A stretch of DNA of 63,340 nt, counting the filler, from an uncultured bacterium (GTDB lineage Bacteria > B130-G9): the NCBI GenBank assembly GCA_965372715.1. It is 5 parts of 5 records of this genome, joined end to end, with 100 filler letters (N's around TTAATTAATTAA, not from the genome) between each part and the next. Parts side by side here need not be neighbours in the genome. Positions count along the whole stretch, not along the records: positions 26,178 to 38,929 come from CBDVDH010000078.1; positions 39,030 to 51,302 come from CBDVDH010000079.1; 3 more parts are not named here. One strand, 5' to 3'. This document shows, one piece after another, positions 32,174 through 40,654 of the stretch; position 1 is the first letter of the stretch; every line of letters begins with the position of its first letter. Made by a program: the position numbers and the translations under genes. The notes beneath the pieces were generated by a model, which saw only the letters and a program-made list of their open reading frames with translations, ran no database searches and was not told the origin of the DNA.

Positions 32174-33243
32174 CTCATCGCCCGCACGAACATGTCAAAC
32201 AGGAACTCGGAGTCGTCCGGCCCCGGCGACGCCTCGGGATGAAATTGCGTCCCAAAGAACGGCTTTGAGATGTGAATGATGCCCTCGTTCGTCCTGTCAT
32301 TATTATTGTAAAACCACTCTCGCCAGTCCTCCGGCAGCGTATCGGCATCGACCGCATAGCCGTGATTCTGCGACGTTATATAGCACCGCCTGGACCCCGT
32401 CTCAACGCAAGGCTGATTCTGGCTCCTATGGCCGTATTTGAGCTTGTAAGTGTTCGCCCTGGCGGCCAGCGCGAGTATCTGCGAGCCGAGGCATATCCCG
32501 AGAACAGGTATGTTCCGAGACAGAGCCTTCCGAACGTTCTCGACAGTCTCAGGGCACATCTTCGGGTCGCCAGGGCCATTGGATATGACAATGCCGTCGG
32601 CCTTATCTTGGGAGAAATCGTAATCCCACGGACACCGCAAAACCGTTATGTCTCTTTGTGTGAAGGCTCGGATTATGTTGTGCTTGACGCCGCAATCGAC
32701 AAGGAGTATCCGCTGCTCGCCTCTCTTGTATTCCATCGGCGCCTCGACGCTCACTTCTTTCACGAGGTTTCGCAGGTGCGGGTCATCAAACTCGAGCTCG
32801 TCCTTGTCATAGACGATCTTGCCCGGCAGCGTGCCCTGCTCCCGAAGTCGTTTCGTCAACTCGCGCGTATCTATGTCGTATATCCCCGGAATACCGTGCT
32901 CGACCATCCACTCGGATAATGACTTCGAGGCGCTCCAGTGCGAGTAATCGTGCGAATAGTCCGCGACTACAAGGCCGAGAACCTGTATTCGCTCCGACTC
33001 GAAATGCCTCGATAGGCCCTCCTCGAGCTCGTCCTTGGGCACGCCGTAGTTGCCGATCAGAGGATATGTCATAACCAATATCTGGCCCCGATACGACGGG
33101 TCGGTGAGGCTCTCCGGGTAGCCGACCATCCCGGTATTGAAAACGACCTCCCCGCTCACTGGCTTCTCTGCGCCAAAGCAATATCCATTGAAGGCGGCGC
33201 CGTCCTGCAAGACAAGTCTTGCTGCCCGTTTTTTAGGTATCAT
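32170..33243 (-). CDS. carA: Carbamoyl-phosphate synthase small subunit
   Basis: GEVVFNTGMVGY, SNGPGDP, GICLG, SQNHGY, QFHPEA. Confidence 0.98.
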   Translation of the reverse strand: MIPKKRAARLVLQDGAAFNGYCFGAEKPVSGEVVFNTGMVGYPESLTDPSYRGQILVMTYPLIGNYGVPKDELEEGLSRHFESERIQVLGLVVADYSHDYSHWSASKSLSEWMVEHGIPGIYDIDTRELTKRLREQGTLPGKIVYDKDELEFDDPHLRNLVKEVSVEAPMEYKRGEQRILLVDCGVKHNIIRAFTQRDITVLRCPWDYDFSQDKADGIVISNGPGDPKMCPETVENVRKALSRNIPVLGICLGSQILALAARANTYKLKYGHRSQNQPCVETGSRRCYITSQNHGYAVDADTLPEDWREWFYNNNDRTNEGIIHISKPFFGTQFHPEASPGPDDSEFLFDMFVRAMR

Positions 33244-33521
33244 TCCGTAGATGCCTTATTTATCCCTGTGAAGTTGAAACCATCGCTGCGCTGCTATCAT
33301 CCGGCTGCTTTAGAGCATGGCCGAATCTCCAATTGCGCTGCCGGGCTGAGCCAATGATCAGAGAGCACTACGAAAGAGTCAATCGTGATTGCAGAACGCG
33401 ACGAATAAGATTGATCCAAGCTCGCTGCGGCTTTTGTTGTGCGGTGGCTTGACACCGCACTCATTGGCGGCGGCCTGACACCGCCTGACAACTGGCCGCC
33501 CCGGTGTGCCTGCGATGCTTT

Positions 33522-33797
33522 TCAGACCACGACCGCGACGGATTCGATTCGCGATATCGTCTTGGGGCGCAACTGACCAACGCGAACATAGTCAACTTTC
33601 TCGCCCCGCGCCTCCATTGCACGTCCCAGCTTCCTGTTGTAGCCACGGAGCTTGGCATCCAAGTCCGGCAAGAGAACTATCTCCGCATCCCGCGGGATCG
33701 TCGATTCGACTTCGGGATGTTCAAAAAGATACCGGCTGAATTCGGTGCTTAACTCAATGTTCTTTTGAACCATATCTTCATCTGGATTCTTGATCAT
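33522..33797 (-). CDS. DUF5647-like small protein (putative antitoxin)
   Basis: KNIELSTEFSRYLFEHPE...IPRDAEIVLLP pattern. Confidence 0.65.
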   Translation of the reverse strand: MIKNPDEDMVQKNIELSTEFSRYLFEHPEVESTIPRDAEIVLLPDLDAKLRGYNRKLGRAMEARGEKVDYVRVGQLRPKTISRIESVAVVV

Positions 33798-33838
33798 TAT
33801 ACGCGCCGACCTCGGAAGCGCTCTTTGTTAGTGCTCCT

Positions 33839-34108
33839 TCAGCTGCACGAGCTGGTCTCCAGACGCGCCGCTTCCACCGGCACGCTATCCTCGTATAGAG
33901 TTTCAGGACAGATGCTGGCCCCGTTCGCCCACTCAACGGTGTCAAAGCTGATGCAGGCGCTCTGGAACAGGGAGAGGTCGCGCAGCTCTCGGAATACGCC
34001 CTTGTCCAGATACTCTCCCACGTCGAAAACTCTCTCCTCTCCGTTCTCGAATGTGATTAGCAGTCGGAAATCCGACAGTGCCTTCACTGCTTTCGCTCCG
34101 ATATACAT
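33839..34108 (-). CDS. DUF2442-domain protein (putative antitoxin)
   Basis: LLITFENGEERVFD...GVFRELRD..LF...TVEWANGASICPETLY; RBS GGAGG before ATG 34108. Confidence 0.85.
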   Translation of the reverse strand: MYIGAKAVKALSDFRLLITFENGEERVFDVGEYLDKGVFRELRDLSLFQSACISFDTVEWANGASICPETLYEDSVPVEAARLETSSCS

Positions 34109-34127
34109 AGCTTCGCCTCCCGTCGTA

Positions 34128-34232
34128 TTAGCGCAACGGCTCGATTCTGAATGGCAGCTCACCTCGCGACGCGAGCTCCCAGTTTGCAATCAGTTCTTCC
34201 CGGTGCAATTCGATCCAGGCCGCAACCAGACG
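34128..34232 (-). pseudogene. C-terminal remnant of a DUF4160 protein
   Basis: RLVAAWIELHREELIANWELASRGELPFRIEPLR*; in-frame stop a few codons upstream and no recognisable N-terminus. Confidence 0.8.
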
Positions 34233-34300
34233 CGACTCAGCTCCCCCAAGTCAGCGCTTTGCTTACTGCCCGGCAAATGAAGTGATCCTGCCCAAGCCTG

Positions 34301-34771
34301 TCAGATTACCCACTTCTTCTCTGCAATGAAATCTGCCGGGGACAGGTATGGAATTCCGTAGTGCTTGCACGCAGCCGGGATTCTGATCGGTGACTTATCG
34401 GATTCAGAGGTCACGACCTTCCAGCCCTTCTGTCTTGCCAAAGCGATAACGAAAGGATCGGCGTCCGGTATGACCTTGTTGTCGTCAGACAATTGGGGGA
34501 ACCTCGCTTTGATCTCGAACATGAGTTTGATCTGTTCTTCATCCAGGTCTTTGACAAACTTGCTCTGCTTTCTTTTGACAAACTCGAAAAGATCATCTCG
34601 CCCTTCCTGCAGTTCATCATAGACCTCACGAGGGGCAACCAACTCACCTTCATCAATGACCAATCCCATAAACCGCCACACAGTCGGAAAATTCTGCGGC
34701 CGGTAGTGCTCCCGCCACATTGTGACAATGGCACTGGTATCAATGCAGTAAAACGAAAAAATCTCTTTCAT
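34301..34771 (-). CDS. DUF4411-family PIN-like nuclease
   Basis: YCIDTSA, EVYDEL, ADPFVIALA, VVTSE, IPAAC. Confidence 0.85.
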   Translation of the reverse strand: MKEIFSFYCIDTSAIVTMWREHYRPQNFPTVWRFMGLVIDEGELVAPREVYDELQEGRDDLFEFVKRKQSKFVKDLDEEQIKLMFEIKARFPQLSDDNKVIPDADPFVIALARQKGWKVVTSESDKSPIRIPAACKHYGIPYLSPADFIAEKKWVI

Positions 34772-35937
34772 GCGGCGGGATTAGTGGTCAGGACCTGCCC
34801 GACCCGTTGCACGTATTTGGGTTTCACGTATAAATAATCCGCAACATCCCTATAGGTTATTCTATCATTGGCATGTGCTTTGAACACCATAGAGACAAAG
34901 GGCGCGCCGTTCTGTCTGACGCATGTCTTCGCCGGAACTCGCCTTCCATATATCCGGGGAGGAAGCAGACTCTCGTAGTGAGCTGCCCTTTTCTTGTAAG
35001 ACTCGCGCGAAATGAGGTCTTCCGTCAAAAGCCGCCTGGTAATCACGTATTCGCTCACGTTGAACATCGTGGCTAGAGCCTCGACTTCCGGGTCCAACCA
35101 TTCGGCGTCAACCGGGTGACTCTTCACGATCGAGGATTGCAGTAATGGTGTTTCCGGCACCAACAGAGCGCCGGCGAAATAATTGCAGAACTGCTCGGTC
35201 TTCTTACCTTCGTCTGTAAGCCGGTCCTCCTCGGTGAAATCCGCGATCCCGCTTCTACCCAACAGCAGATGGCTGTATTCGTGGAATAAAGAGAAACTGC
35301 GTCCGGCGAAACTGTCACGGCCATTGACGACGATTAGAGGTGCCACTTCGTCCATCAACGAGAAGGCCCGTGCTTCCCTAACTGGCATCGACAGCTCGAG
35401 AATAATGAGCGCTTTTTCTTCCAGGGTGCGCTTCCAGCACAAGTATGCCTCTTTGTTGTCGTCCCAGCCGAATTGCTTTTGTAACGTTACCCCAAGGCGA
35501 CGTCTCTCATTGTCTCCGACCTGGGCGGCGTCATCAAGAAGCGAAGCTCGTCCGACTGGCAACTGGGTTTGCGAGCCGGATTCCGGCGCCGTCAACTCCC
35601 GGGCGAGCTCCTGTGTCCTTCGGGCCCTTCGGATTGCTAGCAAGGTTGCCTTGCTCAAGGATTGCCTTTGGTCAGCCGGCAACCGGCGGAACGCACCAGG
35701 TAATGCAGGTTCTAGAGGAGCAGAGGGGAGGAAAAAAGCCGACAAGGGTCTTTTCAAGAACTTGGCAAGTTCTCTGAGTTGACCCAGAGTCGGATGTCCT
35801 TGGCCTTCTTCCCACCCAAGAAAAGTGCTTGTTTCTATCTGCAAACGTATTGCGACTTCCTCGGGCTTTGTCCCCACGGTCTCTCTTGCCCAACGCAGCA
35901 CATCGGGCTTCACAGGCACTTGCAGAGCTCTACCCAT
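34768..35937 (-). CDS. XRE-family HTH fused to ImmA/IrrE (M78) metallopeptidase
   Basis: LRWARE...WEEG..PTLGQL; FSLFHEYSH; EQFCNYFAGALL. Confidence 0.9.
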   Translation of the reverse strand: MGRALQVPVKPDVLRWARETVGTKPEEVAIRLQIETSTFLGWEEGQGHPTLGQLRELAKFLKRPLSAFFLPSAPLEPALPGAFRRLPADQRQSLSKATLLAIRRARRTQELARELTAPESGSQTQLPVGRASLLDDAAQVGDNERRRLGVTLQKQFGWDDNKEAYLCWKRTLEEKALIILELSMPVREARAFSLMDEVAPLIVVNGRDSFAGRSFSLFHEYSHLLLGRSGIADFTEEDRLTDEGKKTEQFCNYFAGALLVPETPLLQSSIVKSHPVDAEWLDPEVEALATMFNVSEYVITRRLLTEDLISRESYKKRAAHYESLLPPRIYGRRVPAKTCVRQNGAPFVSMVFKAHANDRITYRDVADYLYVKPKYVQRVGQVLTTNPAA

Positions 35938-36422
35938 ATACTTGAACCTCACCTCACCAATCCATATATCTCAAAAGGCAACTGGGCAAAGTCAATCCGG
36001 AACTCCTCCAGGAAGTGCTGGTCCAGGTACTTCACCTCCTATCTGCAGGATAGCAGCTCAAGCACTAGCGTCAAGCTTGGGCGTGTGCCGAGGAAACGGA
36101 CCACAATGCGTTTTCTTACCTCCGTGACATCGATATGAACCCCAACCAGCTGCTACACATGTGCATAACGATACGTTTGCCTCTCACCGAATCAAGACAG
36201 TTCCCCTCTTCCCCTCTTTCCCTCTTTCTCCTTTTCTCCTTCTTGTCCGCCGTAGTTCGCCCCGCTGCGAACGAAGGAGGATTCGCCCGTTTCCCCAACG
36301 GGGAAACCCCTCCGGCCTTTGCTGTTGACCAGTGGTGAGACATCTGGCATTTTGGGCGTGCCTTCGGATTGGGGATTGGGGATTGCGGAGTTTTGGGAGG
36401 TTACTTTCATAAGGGGTAACTG

Positions 36423-38165
36423 ATGGTATATGTACTTGGTGTAAACGAGATTCTGCACGACACGGCGGTCGCGCTGCTCGACGAGAAGAAGGTCATCGCC
36501 TTGATGGAGGAGGAGCGGCTGACGCGGGTGAAGCAGAAACCGGGCTTTCTTTTGGGCGGCGAGGGCCCAACGATGTCGATCGATTGGTGTCTGAAGACTT
36601 ATGGTCTCAGAGAATCCGACATAGACGCGGTCGGCGTATCGTTCGACGTCAGTTTCCTTCAGGTGCTCAAGATGCTATGCGACACAGTCTGGCAGAGCGC
36701 GCTCAAGACGCCGCTGAGCCTGACGATTCGGAATCGGTTCGCCGAGAAGGACGTTGGGATGGAGCTTCTGAATGCCGCTATACCCTCGTATCTCTTTTCG
36801 AGGCGCAGGTTCCTGAACGACCTGAGGCGCCGGTTCAGAAACGTTTTCTTTTTCAACCACCACCTTTGCCACGCGGCGAGCTCGTTTCACCTTTCGGGCT
36901 TTGACGAGTCGGGCATCATAGTCGCGGACGGGCTCTCGGAGGACACGCCGACGTCGCTTTGGCACGGCCGAAACTCGAAGTTGAAACTCGTCCGCAAGTA
37001 TGCCGCAGCACAGTCGCTGGGCAAGCTCTATCGCACCGTGAGCGGCGTGCTCGGCTTCTACAATTTCGCGGTGGGAAAGACTATGGGCCTTTCGGCCTAC
37101 GGTGAATATGACCCACAGTTTGAGCGCATGCTTGAGATTCGGGACGGCGATTACCGCGTGCACCTTACCGCGGTCAGGAAGCTCGCCCGATATGCACGTA
37201 GGAAGAACGCCCCAATCGAGCAGGTTCACAAGAACATCGCGGCGACGCTCCAAGAGCTCCTGGAGCGGGCCGGCTGCGAGCTGGCGAAGGCTGTTCAAAA
37301 TGCGACCGGGTGCAGGAACATCTGCCTCGCCGGTGGAGTGGCGCTCAACTGCCCGATGAATCACAAGATACTCAGTCTGCCGTTCGTCGATAACATCTTC
37401 ATTCAGCCCGGTGCGATGGACATGGGCTCGTCGCTTGGGGCGGCGGTGCTTGCGCTGGAAAGGCTCGGGTTCGACTTTGAGGAGGAGATGCGGCACTGTT
37501 TCTACGGTAACGAGTACGACAATGATGGCATCGAGGAGGCGCTTACGGGACTGCCTTACGTTAAGTTCGACGATGTAGTCTCGGTCGCGGCGAGGGCATT
37601 GGCCAAGAGCTACATTGTGGGCTGGTTCCAGGGCCGGATGGAGTTTGGACCCAGGGCGCTTGGGACGCGAAGCATACTCGCGAATCCGGCGGACCCGGGC
37701 ATGAAGGACCGTGTCAACGTCGTGAAGACGCGGGCGCTTTGGAGGCCGCTTGCACCGTCCGCGCTTGAGGAGGACCTCGCCGACTGGTTCGAGGACCCGT
37801 CTCCCAGCCCGTTTATGACGCTGAATTTCGCGTTCAAAGAAGGGATGGGAGAGAAAGTGCCGTCGGTCATGCACGTCGATGGCAGCGCGAGGGTTCAGAC
37901 CATCGCGAAGGACTTGCCCGGTCGCTATCGGGAGCTAGTCCTCAAGTTCAAGGAGCTGACCGGCATCCCGATGCTCCTGAATACCTCTTTCAATGAGAAG
38001 GGCGACCCGATAGTATGCTATCCCAAGGACGCCGTTAAGACTTTCTTGAATACCGACATGGACTTTCTCTGCATCGGGGATTTCATCGTCGCAAAGGATC
38101 GGGAAGCGCTTGACAAGCTGATTACTCAAGAAAGCGCTAAACATGGCAAGAAAGCAACACGATAA
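36423..38165 (+). CDS. NodU/CmcH/TobZ-family O-carbamoyltransferase
   Basis: HDTAVAL, EEERL.R.K, HHLCHA, GKTMGLSAYG, LAGGVALN, GWFQGRMEFGPRALG, LNTSFN. Confidence 0.93.
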   Translation: MVYVLGVNEILHDTAVALLDEKKVIALMEEERLTRVKQKPGFLLGGEGPTMSIDWCLKTYGLRESDIDAVGVSFDVSFLQVLKMLCDTVWQSALKTPLSLTIRNRFAEKDVGMELLNAAIPSYLFSRRRFLNDLRRRFRNVFFFNHHLCHAASSFHLSGFDESGIIVADGLSEDTPTSLWHGRNSKLKLVRKYAAAQSLGKLYRTVSGVLGFYNFAVGKTMGLSAYGEYDPQFERMLEIRDGDYRVHLTAVRKLARYARRKNAPIEQVHKNIAATLQELLERAGCELAKAVQNATGCRNICLAGGVALNCPMNHKILSLPFVDNIFIQPGAMDMGSSLGAAVLALERLGFDFEEEMRHCFYGNEYDNDGIEEALTGLPYVKFDDVVSVAARALAKSYIVGWFQGRMEFGPRALGTRSILANPADPGMKDRVNVVKTRALWRPLAPSALEEDLADWFEDPSPSPFMTLNFAFKEGMGEKVPSVMHVDGSARVQTIAKDLPGRYRELVLKFKELTGIPMLLNTSFNEKGDPIVCYPKDAVKTFLNTDMDFLCIGDFIVAKDREALDKLITQESAKHGKKATR

Positions 38166-38218
38166 GGCCATCAGGGAATGAATGTGCATTGTATGACCTG
38201 ACCTTTCGTGGAGGCAAT

Positions 38219-38683
38219 ATGAATTCAGAGACCAGAGCGGATAGGGAGATGACTGAGCCAAAGGGGTTCATGTATCGGGAAGAGTACGCCATCCGATTCG
38301 ATGAGGGGATACTCGGCTTCCCGGATTCGCGCCACTACATACTGATTCCACACGAAACGGACAGTCCCTTCGCGTGGCTTCAGTCAGTTGACGAGGAGAG
38401 CCTCGCGTTCCTTATGATAAATCCAGTGGCTGTCAAAGCTGATTACGTTGTTCAGCTGCCTAAGAAGGCTGCTGATGACTTGAAACTGACGGACGCTTCC
38501 GAGGGCGTTGTCTTCGCCATTATTGTCGTGCCCAAAGACCCGCGCAAGATGAGAATGAACCTCAGAGCTCCGGTCATAATAAATGTCCGTGAACAGCTCG
38601 GCCGGCAGGTAGTTCTTGAGGACACTTCTCTAGACCTCCGACACCCGGTCTTGTCGGAAGAAGAACAAGCAGAAGATTACTGA
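38219..38683 (+). CDS. fliW: FliW (CsrA antagonist)
   Basis: [27 protein letters not shown]; coupled to csrA. Confidence 0.9.
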   Translation: MNSETRADREMTEPKGFMYREEYAIRFDEGILGFPDSRHYILIPHETDSPFAWLQSVDEESLAFLMINPVAVKADYVVQLPKKAADDLKLTDASEGVVFAIIVVPKDPRKMRMNLRAPVIINVREQLGRQVVLEDTSLDLRHPVLSEEEQAEDY

Positions 38684-38916
38684 TGCTCGTTCTGACCAGA
38701 AAGCGCGATGAGAGCATTATCGTTGGGGACTCCGTCGAGATAATGGTCGTTGACATCGGCCAGAACGAAGTCAGGATCGGCATCTCCGCGCCTCGTGAGT
38801 TGAGTGTCCACAGAAAAGAGGTCTATGAGGCGATACTGCGGGAGAACGTCGCCGCCAAGCTCACCCGAAAGAAGCCCATCAAGCTCCCCAAGATCAGCAA
38901 TCCCCGCAAGGAGTAG
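38683..38916 (+). CDS. csrA: Carbon storage regulator CsrA with C-terminal extension
   Basis: MLVLTRK..ESI.VGD, VRIGI.AP, VHRKEVY..I..EN. Confidence 0.96.
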   Translation: MLVLTRKRDESIIVGDSVEIMVVDIGQNEVRIGISAPRELSVHRKEVYEAILRENVAAKLTRKKPIKLPKISNPRKE

Positions 38917-39213
38917 GACCCAACCTGACNNNNNNNNNNNNNNNNNNNNNNNNNNNNNNNNNNNNNNNNNNNNTTAATTAATTAANNNNNNNNNNNNNNN
39001 NNNNNNNNNNNNNNNNNNNNNNNNNNNNNTGCAACTCACAGACCGACTCCTGTCGAGCTCATAACCTCTGGGCAGCGAAAAAACCTGTTCATCCCTCCAT
39101 GTCCTTTGCCGTCAATCTGATTTTTGGGGTCCTCCTCCCGCCTTGACACTTCACCCGCCTCGGACGATCATGTGCGTTGAGTGATCTGCACGTACATTTA
39201 GATGCAAAGACCG

Positions 39214-39966
39214 ATGCACCGTATATTTCTTCCGAAAAGCGCGATAGCCGATCATCGGGCTGCCCTCGTCGGAGCCGAGGCGCACAAGCTCAGGAATGTC
39301 CTTCGGCTGGCGACTGGCGACGAACTGCTGGCGACCGACGGGCTTGGGTGCGACTATCTTCTGAAGATAGAACGAATGGCCAAAGACGCGGTCTGCTGCC
39401 AAGTGCTGGCCACAAGAAAGCCGCAGAGCCCAGAAACGCGCAACCAGATCGTGCTGATGCAGTGCTGCCTGTCCAGCAGCAAGATGGACCAAGTGATAGA
39501 CAAGGCGACCCAGCTGGGCGCCTCGAAGTTCATCCCAGTCGCCTCGGAGAAGTCGAAGTTCCGGGGAGACGACAGCCACTTCAAAAAGAAGGTCGAGAGA
39601 TGGGCCAGGATAGCCCAGGCTGCGGCGCTTCAGAGTGGGCGTGCGGTCTTCCCTCCCGTGGAACCGATTATGCCTCTCACACAAGCCATTCAGATGCCTT
39701 CCGACTGCGATAAGAAGCTGCTTTTCTCACCAGGCGGCGAGGCAAGAGCGGCGTGTGATATTCTGCCAGAACTGCTGTCCGATTCGGGGCAGAATGAGAG
39801 CGTCTATCTGCTCGTCGGCCCCGAATCAGGCTTCTCCGACGTGGAGAGAATAACCGCGATAAAGCATGACTTCATCCCCGTCAGAATGGGACGTCACACC
39901 CTCCGCGCCGAGACCGCCCCCGTCGTCGCGCTTACCCTGGTCCTGCATCACCTCGACGAACTGTGA
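39214..39966 (+). CDS. rsmE: 16S rRNA m3U1498 methyltransferase
   Basis: H..NVLRL, KATQLG, AALQSGR, VGPESGFS, LRAETA. Confidence 0.92.
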   Translation: MHRIFLPKSAIADHRAALVGAEAHKLRNVLRLATGDELLATDGLGCDYLLKIERMAKDAVCCQVLATRKPQSPETRNQIVLMQCCLSSSKMDQVIDKATQLGASKFIPVASEKSKFRGDDSHFKKKVERWARIAQAAALQSGRAVFPPVEPIMPLTQAIQMPSDCDKKLLFSPGGEARAACDILPELLSDSGQNESVYLLVGPESGFSDVERITAIKHDFIPVRMGRHTLRAETAPVVALTLVLHHLDEL

Positions 39967-40079
39967 CCTATAGTCCAAAGTCCAAAGTCAATTTGTAGTT
40001 CCAAGGAGTTTCCCCATTTTATCTTGGAGTGCTTCAGGGCGCCGCCTTCGTTTCAGGGGGCTTGATACCGCCTGAGAAT

Positions 40080-40281
40080 CCCCAAAGGGGATTAACGTGA
40101 ATAGCCGTAGGTTTCAACCTACGGATCAGGGATAGCCAGGAAAAGAAAAACAGCCCTGAAGGGGCTGCACAGAGTCTTCACAATCAGACCAGTTCGACCC
40201 CTTCAGGGTCGCGGGGCGTGGAAACGAACCGATTCCATAGGCTCGAAGCCTATGGCTATTCACATTCCGCCCCTTCAGGGC
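40080..40281. repeat. Nested multi-hairpin REP-like element
   Basis: Outer arms GTGAATAGCCGTAGG / CCTATGGCTATTCAC; inner hairpins CCGTAGG-TTTCAA-CCTACGG, AGCCC-TGAAG-GGGCT, CCATAGG-CTCGAAG-CCTATGG. Confidence 0.75.
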
Positions 40282-40654
40282 GCCCGTATGCCCGGCGTCC
40301 GGTCAGCTCCAATTCCAGTTGTTACCGTACGGAATCGCAACCATATAGCCGATAAACCAGCGATTCCCCGCTCAAGATTGGGCAAACTCCTGGTAGTTCC
40401 AAGTTCCAAGTTCAAGGTTCCAAGTTGACCTCGGCCTTCGTCTTTCTTCCTGGCCATTCGTGTTCATTCGTGTTCATTCGCGGTTCCCTAGCTCCGCAAG
40501 ACAATCCCAAATGGGACAATTGGCCGTTTCTTGCTGTCCCCTTCGTGTTTCTTAGTGTCCTTCGTGGACCCCTGATTCAACGTAAGTTTGGCCCACAAAG
40601 ACCACGCCCCTACACGCCTGCAACGACTTATGACCCAGCCTCCAAGCGCCGCGC

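Noticed and set aside
35945-36135. Broken minus-strand frame (…ELLSCR*EVKYLDQHFLEEFRIDF…)
   Set aside because: May be a gene remnant, but it cannot be assigned to any family
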